Part shown: in pieces, positions 35,519 through 43,660 of the stretch
Layout of the letters: the number at the start of each line of letters is the position of its first letter
Position numbering within the stretch: the first letter of the stretch is position 1
Sequence record: NZ_CP044080.1
Reading direction: 5' to 3' (one strand)
Source of the DNA: a plasmid
Length of the DNA stretch: 64,000 bases
Position numbers and translations under genes: made by a program
The notes under the pieces: model-generated
Database searches by the model: none
The model's input: only the letters and a program-made list of their open reading frames with translations
Told to the model about the DNA's origin: nothing

Positions 35519-36160
35519 TCAAAGCCCCAGGTCGCGCGCTTTCAGGGCGGCCTCGACGCGGTTTCGGACCTGCAGCTTTTGTAGGATATTGGTCATGTAG
35601 TGCTTGATGGTCTTTTCCTGCAGATCCAGTTCGCGCGCGACCTCCTTGTTGCTGAGGCCGGTGGCGACCAGCCGCAGGATGGCGGCCTCGCGCTGGGTCA
35701 GGTCCTCGCTGGCAGCCTGCATGCCTTGGGCCGGGCGCGCCTGCATCGCCGCCAGAACCCGCGCGGCCAGCGAAGGCGAGACATAGGATGCGCCGCCTGC
35801 CACGCTTTGCAGAACCTCGACCAAGTGCGGGGCGGACACGCCCTTCAGCACATAGCCCCGCGCGCCCGCCTTCAGCGCGGCCATCAGGTCGTCGTCGGAT
35901 TCCGACACCGTCAGCATCACGATCGCCACAGCCGGAAAGCGCCGCGCGATTTCCGCTGCTGCGTTCAGCCCCGATCCGGGCATCGAGATGTCCAGCAGCG
36001 CCAGGTCGGGCAGGTGCGTTTCGACCGCCGCGACCGCTTCGGCGGCGGTGCCGACCTGCGCCAGCACGTCGAAACGGCCGTGTTCCTGCAAGGACAGCAC
36101 CACGCCGCCGCGCAGCAGCGGGTGGTCGTCGGCGACAATGATCTGGATCCGGTCGGTCAT
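35519..36160 (-). CDS. NarL/FixJ-family response regulator (REC plus LuxR-type HTH)
   Basis: Receiver Asp context (IVADDHPL...LALLDISMPG) and a LuxR HTH (LTQREAAILRLVATGLSNKEVARELDLQEKTIKHY). Confidence 0.85.
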   Translation of the reverse strand: MTDRIQIIVADDHPLLRGGVVLSLQEHGRFDVLAQVGTAAEAVAAVETHLPDLALLDISMPGSGLNAAAEIARRFPAVAIVMLTVSESDDDLMAALKAGARGYVLKGVSAPHLVEVLQSVAGGASYVSPSLAARVLAAMQARPAQGMQAASEDLTQREAAILRLVATGLSNKEVARELDLQEKTIKHYMTNILQKLQVRNRVEAALKARDLGL

Positions 36161-37575
36161 GCAAAGGCCTCGGCGGCAAGGGTGATGGTCAGGCGGATGC
36201 CCTGCCCGGGGGCGGTGCGGATGTCGAATTCGCCGCCGATGCTTTCGACCCGTTCGCGCAGGCCGGGCAAGCCAAGGCCCTGCCCGTTCAGCGCGGCGGG
36301 GTCAAAGCCCGGGCCCTTGTCTTCGATCGCGACCTGCAAGCGCCCGTCGGCGGTCAGTTCGCAGGACATGGTGACGGGCGCGCCCGGGGCATGGCGCCAT
36401 GCGTTCATCAGGGCCTCCTGGGTAAAGCGATAGGCGCAGATCAGGATGGGGTGCGGTGCGGCGCGGTCAAGGCGAATGTCGCCCGAAAACCGCCGCTGGA
36501 CCGCGCTGCCGGTGCGGCGTTCGTGCGCGCCGATGGCCATGTCCAGCGTATCGGCCACGCTGCGCCCTTCCAGCGCGGGCAGCGTCAGGCCCCGGCACAG
36601 GTCGCGCACATCGACCATCGCCTCGTCCAGCGACGCGCGCAGGTCGCGCGCCTCGGGGCATCGGGCGCGACGCCGGCCCGGCACATCAGTGCATCCAAGC
36701 CGCAGCGAGGTCAGCGCCTGCGCCTGCGCGGGGCCGTCATGCAGTTCCGCGCTGATGCGGCGCATATAGCGTTCGTTCGTCTCGCTGACCCCGCGCGAGG
36801 CGGCCTGCACCCGTTCCCGCAAGGCCTTGTTCTGGCCCGAGACGCGCGCCAGTTCCGCGATGCGCCCAGTCAGTTCGCGGTTCTGCGCGTCGATGGTGCG
36901 GCTGCCCGCGCGCACGATCCCGAACAGTGCGGCAAAGGTCAGCGCCATGACCGATGCGACCGCTATCCAGGCGCGGGCGTGGGCCGCGCGCAGGTCGGCC
37001 CGCAGTTCAGAGGCTTCCAGATAGAACTCGGCGACCGCGATGACCTTGCCGGTGACGATCGAATGGATGGGATTATAGACCTCCAGCAGCGGCACGCCGG
37101 TCATGCGCTCGCGCAGGTTCTCGTCGTCGTCCAGGTCGTCGAACGAGGCGCTGAGTTCGCCCGCCCAAGCGCGCCGCAGCTTGTCGCCGGGTTCGAGCAT
37201 CTTGCCGATCAGGTCGGCATCGCTGCTGAAGGCGATCAGCCCGCCCTGGCGCCAGATCTTGGCGGACAGGATGCGCTCGGACAGGGGCGGTTCGTCCAGC
37301 AGGGCGCGCATCCGGTCGATGCTGGCGGGCGACAGAGTGCGGCTGTCAGCCAGTTCCTGCGACATCGGTGCGACGAAGCTTTCCATATAGACGGTGCTGG
37401 ACAGGGCCGCGTTACGCACCACGCTGTTTTCGATGCTGTCGCTGACCAGGCTGCCCACGACCAGCATGCCCGGCAAGGTGACCAGGCTGCCCGCCAAGGC
37501 AAAGCGGTGGTGCAGGGGCATTGCCGCCATGCGCCGGCGCCAGGCCGCCAGTCGCGTTTCGGATTTGGCCGTCAT
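36157..37575 (-). CDS. Sensor histidine kinase (NarX/UhpB-type HisKA_3 plus HATPase)
   Basis: H-box (RISAELHDGPAQ) and ATPase G-boxes (DKGPGF; GQGLGLPGLRERVESIGG). 4-nt overlap with the response regulator. Start at MTAKSE. Confidence 0.8.
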   Translation of the reverse strand: MTAKSETRLAAWRRRMAAMPLHHRFALAGSLVTLPGMLVVGSLVSDSIENSVVRNAALSSTVYMESFVAPMSQELADSRTLSPASIDRMRALLDEPPLSERILSAKIWRQGGLIAFSSDADLIGKMLEPGDKLRRAWAGELSASFDDLDDDENLRERMTGVPLLEVYNPIHSIVTGKVIAVAEFYLEASELRADLRAAHARAWIAVASVMALTFAALFGIVRAGSRTIDAQNRELTGRIAELARVSGQNKALRERVQAASRGVSETNERYMRRISAELHDGPAQAQALTSLRLGCTDVPGRRRARCPEARDLRASLDEAMVDVRDLCRGLTLPALEGRSVADTLDMAIGAHERRTGSAVQRRFSGDIRLDRAAPHPILICAYRFTQEALMNAWRHAPGAPVTMSCELTADGRLQVAIEDKGPGFDPAALNGQGLGLPGLRERVESIGGEFDIRTAPGQGIRLTITLAAEAFA

Positions 37576-38022
37576 GCTGTCATCCCGATTTGGGCGGATT
37601 GTTGCTGAACAAGCCGCCGCCGCCAAGGCCGGAACGGAGTTTCGGACCTTGGTCCGAGGCGCTGTCGGACCCCCGGGGCAAGGGCCGCGCCCTTCAGGCC
37701 CGATGCCCCGCCGCAAGGGTCGGGCCGGGCTGGAGCAACGGCAGGACAGGGTGTCAGATGATCCTGCCCGAGCCAAAGACGCCCGCAACCCGGAGGAGAT
37801 CATCATGAAGACCCTGACCTGCCTGCCCTTGATCGCCGCACTGTCGCTACCGGCTTCGCGCCCGGCATCGCCGCCGCCGCGCTCTCGCCCGCCGACACCC
37901 GGCCCGCGGCGACCGCGGTGGCACCGAAACCCATCTTACTGGCCCGCCATGGCCACCGCGGCGGGAAGGGCCGGGGTCGGGGCCGCGATGACGGCCCGCG
38001 CCACGGGTGATCGGAGGGGGCC

Positions 38023-38574
38023 ATGAAAACGCTGACGACGCTTGCCGCGCTGGCACTGTCCGCCACCTCGGCCTTCGCCCAACCCGCGATGGTCGCCAAG
38101 ACCGACAAGGGTGAGGTGCTGGTCGATGGCCGGGGCATGTCGCTTTACACCTTCGACAAGGACAGCGACGGGAAATCGGTTTGCGAGGGCAAATGCGCCG
38201 CGAACTGGCCGCCGCTGGCCGCCAAGGCCGGCGACACGCCCCAGGGCGGCTTCGCGCCCATCTCCCGGCCCGACGGCTCAGCCCAATGGAGCTACAAGGG
38301 ACAGCCGCTTTATGGCTGGGTCAAGGACCACAGGCCCGGCGATGTGACGGGCGACGGGGTGAACGGGGTCTGGCATCTCGCCCGCCCTGAACCGCAAAGG
38401 CCGGCCCGTTCCGGAAAATGGACAGGCCTTTGCGTCAGACCGCAATGCCGGCAAGGGGCAGCCTCGGATCCAAAGCACATGATGCAGGGGGAATTTCCAG
38501 CCGAGCGGCAGAACTCGGAAACACAATACAGGGCCGCTCGGCTGATGGGCTTATCTAGCGGAATGTTGACGTGA
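38023..38574 (+). CDS. Secreted/lipoprotein of the COG4315 family; C-terminal ~60 aa look non-native (possible lost stop)
   Basis: Signal peptide MKTLTTLAALALSATSAFA. Repeats of the DGxxLYxF/KD and WP(P)L type (MSLYTFDKDSDGKSVCEGKCAANWPPL...GQPLYGW). Confidence 0.55.
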   Translation: MKTLTTLAALALSATSAFAQPAMVAKTDKGEVLVDGRGMSLYTFDKDSDGKSVCEGKCAANWPPLAAKAGDTPQGGFAPISRPDGSAQWSYKGQPLYGWVKDHRPGDVTGDGVNGVWHLARPEPQRPARSGKWTGLCVRPQCRQGAASDPKHMMQGEFPAERQNSETQYRAARLMGLSSGMLT

Positions 38575-38693
38575 ACGGCAACTTGTCCTTTTGGTCAGTT
38601 CGTCGCCTTCGCGGGTTGGACGCAGCCTTGCGCGATCCCGGGACGAACGCCTCTCAGCCCTTGTCCGCTGTCGCTTGGCGCTGCGTCTTCCCC

Positions 38694-41057
38694 TCATTCC
38701 AGCGCATAGGCGATGAAATAATCCCCGATCGGCGTCTCCATGAAGTCATGGCCTCCTGCGTTGATGACCAGGAACTGCCGGCCCCCCGCCTCATAGACCA
38801 TGGGCCCGGCCTGGCCGCCGGCGGGCAGCACGTCCTGCCACAGGACCTTGCCGCTGCGGATGTCGATGGCGCGGATCAGGTCGTCGGTGGCGGCGGCGAC
38901 AAAGACCAGCCCGCTTGCGGTCACGACCGAGCCGCCGTTGTTCGGCGTCCCGATGTCAAAGGGCAGCATCGAGGGCAGGCCGAAGGGTCCGTTGCGGCGC
39001 GCCGTGCCCAACGGCCGGTCCCACAGGACCTGGCGCGTCCGCAGGTCGATCGCCGTGATCCCGCCATAGGGCGGCTGGGTACACAGCACGCCGGTCAGCG
39101 GCGCGCGCCAGCCCGGGTTCAGTCGGATGGCCCAGGGGGTGTCGCCCTGGGGGTTGATGTTCTCGGGCGTTTCCTGCCCCGGCTCCAGCTGGTCGATGGG
39201 CGCGGCCCCCAGGGCGTCGGCCTTTTCGCGCGGTATCAGCTGGTTGCGATTGGCGGTGATGTTGTAGTTCGCGACCATGATGCCGCGCGCCGGATCGACC
39301 GCAACCCCGCCCCAGTCCGAGCCGCCGTTGTAGCCCGGGAACTGGATCCAGGGGCGCTCGGCCGAGGGCGGCGTATACATGCCGCGATAGTCCGAGCGGC
39401 GGAACTCGATGCGGCACCAAAGCTGGTCCAGGGGCGTCGTGCCCCACATGTGGCGCTCTTGCAGGTCGGGCTTCAGCACATTCGGGAAATCGGTGACGAA
39501 GGGTTGGGTCGGGGACAGGCGGTCCGGCTCGACCCCGCCCTGGGGAACCGGGCGCTCCTCGGTTTCGACCAGCAGGGCGCCGGTGCGGCGGTCGAAGATC
39601 CAGAACATGCCCTGCTTCGTCGGCAGGATCAGCGCCGGCACTGGCCCGTCCTGGGTCGGAAAATCGACCAGCGTCCCTTGGGAGCCCAGGTCATAGTCCC
39701 AGACGTCATAATGCACGGTCTGGTAATGCCAGACCACATCGCCGGTCGTCACGTCCAGCGCCACCAGCGCGGTGGAATAGGTGTTCTCGGCCTCGGACCG
39801 CAGGCTGCCCCAGTAGTCCACCGCCGAATTGCCCAGGGGCAGATAGACCTGTCCCAGCGCGTCGTCGCCCGAGGCGATGGTCCAGATATTCGGCGTGCCG
39901 CGGGTATAGGTCTCGCCCTCGGGCGGCAGGCCCTTTTCTCCGGGCCGGCCCATGTCCCAGGCCCAAAGCAGCGCCCCGCTTTGCACGTCATAGCCACGCA
40001 CCACGCCCGAGGGCGCGTCGCGGCGCTGGTTGTCGCGCACCTGGGAATGGACGACCGCGACATTGCGCACCACCGTCGGCGGAGAGGTCGGCGCGTACCA
40101 GCCGGGCACGGTATGCCCGATGCCCTGGGTCAGATCGACGCTGCCCCCCTGGCCGAAATCGGCGCAGGGCTGGCCGGTGCGGACGTCCAGCGCGATCAGC
40201 CGCGCATCCAGCGTGTTCATCAGGACCCGCTGGGCGCAGACGCCATCGGCCTGGGGCGCCGCGTGATAGGCGAGCCCCCGGCAGGTGGCGTTATAGGGGA
40301 TGGCGTCGGTCGAGACCTGCGGATCATGGCGCCAGTTCTCGCGCCCGGTGGCGGCATCCAGGGCGATGACCTTGTTCATCGCCGAGCAGATCAGCAGCTG
40401 GTCGCCGATCTTCAGCGGCGTGTTCTGGTTGGAAAAGCGCTCGTCCCCGGCAGGCATGTCGCCGGTGCGGAAGGTCCAGACCGGCCTGAGGCCCGCGACA
40501 TTCTCGGGGGTGATCTGGCTCAGGGTGGAATAGCGCCGCGCCTGGTGCGTGCCGCCATAGGCGGGCCAATCCGCCCCGGCGTCCGGTGCCGATTGCGGGG
40601 CAAGGGGCTCGGGTTCGACCGCCGCAACGGCGTCGCCGCGCCCGCCGGCAAGATAGGCAAGCGCACCTCCGCCCAGCAGCGCCAGAGCGATCCCCGCAAG
40701 CCACGTTCCGCGCCGGCGCAAGCCCGGCGCGGCCAGGATCACCAGCACCAGGACGACCGTCGGCGCGACCAGCCGGGGCACCTGCGCCCAGCCGTTCAAC
40801 CCCGCCTCCCACAGGGCCCAAAGGACCGTCGCCCCATAGACCAGCAGATAGACCCACAGCGCGCCGCCCCGTCCCCGGAACAGCAGCCAGGCCGTGACGA
40901 TCAGCCCGATCCCCGCCGGCAAATAGTACCATGAGCCTCCAAGCAGGATCAGCCACAGCCCGCCCGCGGCAATGGCCGCGCCGAACACCCCGATCAGCGC
41001 CGCGACAAAGGCCTGCCACCAGAACCATGATCCTCTTGCAACCTGTCCTTGCGGCAT
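38694..41057 (-). CDS. gcd: Membrane-bound PQQ-dependent glucose (aldose) dehydrogenase
   Basis: Five N-terminal TM helices, then an 8-blade PQQ beta-propeller with W-motif repeats. 787 aa, colinear with E. coli Gcd. Confidence 0.85.
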   Translation of the reverse strand: MPQGQVARGSWFWWQAFVAALIGVFGAAIAAGGLWLILLGGSWYYLPAGIGLIVTAWLLFRGRGGALWVYLLVYGATVLWALWEAGLNGWAQVPRLVAPTVVLVLVILAAPGLRRRGTWLAGIALALLGGGALAYLAGGRGDAVAAVEPEPLAPQSAPDAGADWPAYGGTHQARRYSTLSQITPENVAGLRPVWTFRTGDMPAGDERFSNQNTPLKIGDQLLICSAMNKVIALDAATGRENWRHDPQVSTDAIPYNATCRGLAYHAAPQADGVCAQRVLMNTLDARLIALDVRTGQPCADFGQGGSVDLTQGIGHTVPGWYAPTSPPTVVRNVAVVHSQVRDNQRRDAPSGVVRGYDVQSGALLWAWDMGRPGEKGLPPEGETYTRGTPNIWTIASGDDALGQVYLPLGNSAVDYWGSLRSEAENTYSTALVALDVTTGDVVWHYQTVHYDVWDYDLGSQGTLVDFPTQDGPVPALILPTKQGMFWIFDRRTGALLVETEERPVPQGGVEPDRLSPTQPFVTDFPNVLKPDLQERHMWGTTPLDQLWCRIEFRRSDYRGMYTPPSAERPWIQFPGYNGGSDWGGVAVDPARGIMVANYNITANRNQLIPREKADALGAAPIDQLEPGQETPENINPQGDTPWAIRLNPGWRAPLTGVLCTQPPYGGITAIDLRTRQVLWDRPLGTARRNGPFGLPSMLPFDIGTPNNGGSVVTASGLVFVAAATDDLIRAIDIRSGKVLWQDVLPAGGQAGPMVYEAGGRQFLVINAGGHDFMETPIGDYFIAYALE

Positions 41058-41212
41058 CGGCTTTCCTTTCGCGATTTCGGTGGCTGTTCCATCGGAACAG
41101 CCCCTGGCCGGGATGGTTCCGACCGAACGTCATTCCTTAGCCTGTCGCAGGGCCCGCGCATGGAACCATCCGCCCCCGCAAGTCATTCATCCCCCAGAAC
41201 AAAGGGCGGACC

Positions 41213-41920
41213 ATGCAGCAAGGCCAGATAACGTATTGCGGTCCCGCGCCGCTGCCGGGGGAACTCTGGACGGCGTGGAACGGCGATCCGTGGCTGATCG
41301 CGGCGCTGGTCCTGGCGGCGCTGGCGGGCTGGCGGGTGCCGTCGCGGGCGGCATGGCTCGCGGGCGTGGCGGTGCTGGCGGTCGCCTTCATCTCTCCGCT
41401 TTGCGCCTTGGCCAGCGCGCTTTTTTCGGCCCGGGTGCTGCACCATGTCCTGATCGTCGCCGTCGCGGCGCCCTTGCTGGCCCGGGGCGCGGGCTGGCAG
41501 GCGCGGGCCGGGGGCGCCGCCTTCCTGGCCCATCTGGGCGCCGTCTGGCTGTGGCATCTGCCCCAGCCCTATGCGGCGGCGCTGGCCTCGGTCCCGGTCT
41601 ATTGGCTGATGGAGATCACGTTGCTGGCCAGCGCCCTGTGGCTGTGGTCCGCGATGCTGCATGCCGCGCGCGCGGGCCAGGCGGTGGCGCTGGCCCTGGG
41701 AACGCTGCTGCAGATGGGCATGCTGGGCGCGCTTCTGACCTTTGCCCGCCGCCCGCTGTATGAGGCGCATTTCGCCACCACCCAGCCCTTCGGCCTGACC
41801 GCGCTGGCCGACCAGCAGCTTGCCGGCCTGATGATGTGGGTGCCGGCGGCGCTGCCTTATCTGGGGCTCGCGCTCTGGCGCCTGACGGGGCATCTGCTGC
41901 CCGCCGGCGAGCGCGCATGA
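41213..41920 (+). CDS. ctaG: Cytochrome c oxidase assembly factor CtaG (caa3-type, PF09678-like) membrane protein
   Basis: Polytopic membrane protein with the conserved WLW/HLP core (LAHLGAVWLWHLPQPY). Immediately upstream of the coxB/coxA genes. Confidence 0.6.
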   Translation: MQQGQITYCGPAPLPGELWTAWNGDPWLIAALVLAALAGWRVPSRAAWLAGVAVLAVAFISPLCALASALFSARVLHHVLIVAVAAPLLARGAGWQARAGGAAFLAHLGAVWLWHLPQPYAAALASVPVYWLMEITLLASALWLWSAMLHAARAGQAVALALGTLLQMGMLGALLTFARRPLYEAHFATTQPFGLTALADQQLAGLMMWVPAALPYLGLALWRLTGHLLPAGERA

Positions 41921-42414
41921 TCGAGATCCTCAAGGCCCTGCACATCGCCGCCATTGCCGGATGGAGCGCGGGCCTGCTGTGCCTGCCGTCGCTTTACGTC
42001 CAGCGTTGCCACGTCGGCAGCCGGGACGAACTGCACCGCCTGCAGGCACTGGTCCGCTTTGCCTATATCAACCTGGTCTCGCCCCTGGCCTTCGTCGCCG
42101 TCGCCAGCGGCACGGCGCTGATCTTCGCCCGCTCGGTCGTGGCGCCCTGGTTCGCGCTCAAGCTGGCGCTGGTGCTGGGCATGAGCTTTCTGCACGTCCT
42201 GACCGGCCTTGTGGTGATCCGCCTGTTCCGCGAGGGCGAGCGTTACCCCACCTGGCGCTTCGTGCTGGCCACACTGGTCGCGGCGGCGCTGGTCCTGGGC
42301 ATCCTGTGGCTGGTGCTGGCCAAGCCCGCCCTGCCCCCGGCACCGGCCGCGTTCTTTCGGCCCGGCGCGCTGCAGGATCTGCTGGCCCCCCTCAATCCTT
42401 GGGCGACACCATGA
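41917..42414 (+). CDS. HemJ/CopD-family membrane protein
   Basis: N-terminus MIEILKALHIAAIAGWSAGLLCLPSLYV resembles the HemJ signature (KA-H-I...W-AGL..LP-L). ATGA overlap with ctaG. Confidence 0.5.
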   Translation: MIEILKALHIAAIAGWSAGLLCLPSLYVQRCHVGSRDELHRLQALVRFAYINLVSPLAFVAVASGTALIFARSVVAPWFALKLALVLGMSFLHVLTGLVVIRLFREGERYPTWRFVLATLVAAALVLGILWLVLAKPALPPAPAAFFRPGALQDLLAPLNPWATP

Positions 42415-42955
42415 GGCCGATGCCGTGATCGAAGATCAGCTTGCCGCCATGCCAGCCCGCGATGGCCGTCGTCAGCACCCCCACGACCGACAGGGCCAGC
42501 CCCTGGGGCAGCACCGCCTGCGGATCGGCCAGCCGCAGGCCCCAGTTCGCTCCCGCGATGGCGACCAGGGTCATGCCGGCGATGCCATGGGCCCAGCTGG
42601 CCGCGCGCGCCCGGATGCCGGGCACGGCCAGCAGCTCGACCGTGCCGACCACCGCCGCCCCCGCCCCGGCCACGAAGGTTCCGCCCGAGGACCACAGCCC
42701 CACCCGCAGCCAGAACGGATCGCCCCCCCACCAATAGATCAGGTCGACCCCCAGGGTGCAGATCATCAGCGCGATGGGGAAATGCACGGCCATGGCGTGC
42801 AGCGGATGGCCGGCGACCGCGATGGCCGAGTCGGTGGACTTTTCCTCGACCTTGGCGATCACCGGGTTTTCGTCGCTGCCATGGGTCTCGTCCGCGATGT
42901 CGCCAAGGGTGCTCCCGCGTTCCTCGTCGGTGTTCCCGGTCGTCTCGCGGCTCAT
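42392..42955 (-). CDS. DUF2231-like membrane protein
   Basis: Acidic N-terminal segment followed by about 4 TM helices. Start at MSRETTGN. Antisense to a spurious long plus-strand ORF. Confidence 0.5.
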   Translation of the reverse strand: MSRETTGNTDEERGSTLGDIADETHGSDENPVIAKVEEKSTDSAIAVAGHPLHAMAVHFPIALMICTLGVDLIYWWGGDPFWLRVGLWSSGGTFVAGAGAAVVGTVELLAVPGIRARAASWAHGIAGMTLVAIAGANWGLRLADPQAVLPQGLALSVVGVLTTAIAGWHGGKLIFDHGIGLMVSPKD

Positions 42956-43006
42956 GGCGGCCCCCTTGTTGGCAGATGCGTTCCCCTGACAAGGCCGGGC
43001 CGGGCG

Positions 43007-43660
43007 TTGGGGTTCCTTGGGCTGCTGCTGGCCCCGAACCTTGCGGGCGCGGCCGACCTGTCTGTGCTGGCCCCCGCAGGCCCCGCGGCACGGGGCATCG
43101 CGACGCTCTGGTGGTGGATGTTCTGGGGCGCGGCGGCAATCTTTGCCGGGGTGATGGCGCTGTTCCTGCTGCTGCTGTCCCGCCCCGAGGCGCTGCGCCG
43201 CACCAGCCCGCGCCTGTGGCTGCTGGGCGGCGGTGTGGTCTTTCCGTTGCCCGTCGTCACCGTGCTGACCCTTGCCGCGCTGGTCCAGGGCGGCACCCTG
43301 CTGGGCGACAGCCTGACCGGCGCCACCCCCCTGCGCATCGAGGCCGAGGCCCGCATGTGGGAATGGCGCTTCCGCTATCCCGACACCGACATGCCCGAGA
43401 CGGTGAACCGCCTGCACCTGCCCGTCGGCCGCGATGTCGAGATCCGGGTGACCAGCCTCGACGTCATCCACAGCTTCTGGATTCCGCGCCTGGGCGGCAA
43501 GATCGACGCCATTCCGGGCCATGACAACCGCATCCTGCTGCATGCCGACCAGGCGGGGGAATTCGGCGGCGTCTGTTCGGAATACTGCGGCATCGGCCAT
43601 GCCGAGATGCTGTTCACCGCCCAGGCGCATGACGCATGGCCGGCGGACCTGCCCCAATGA
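43007..43660 (+). CDS. coxB: Cytochrome c oxidase subunit II (short form; CuA cupredoxin domain)
   Basis: CuA site (HSFWIPRLGGKIDAIPG...CSEYCGIGHAEM). Two TM helices. No in-frame ATG; TTG at 43007 is the proposed start, so the start is uncertain. Confidence 0.6.
   Translation: MGFLGLLLAPNLAGAADLSVLAPAGPAARGIATLWWWMFWGAAAIFAGVMALFLLLLSRPEALRRTSPRLWLLGGGVVFPLPVVTVLTLAALVQGGTLLGDSLTGATPLRIEAEARMWEWRFRYPDTDMPETVNRLHLPVGRDVEIRVTSLDVIHSFWIPRLGGKIDAIPGHDNRILLHADQAGEFGGVCSEYCGIGHAEMLFTAQAHDAWPADLPQ

Noticed and set aside
38571-40934. 787-aa plus-strand ORF
   Set aside because: Exactly antisense to the PQQ glucose dehydrogenase gene, which has a clear TM-plus-propeller architecture. A GC-rich shadow ORF.
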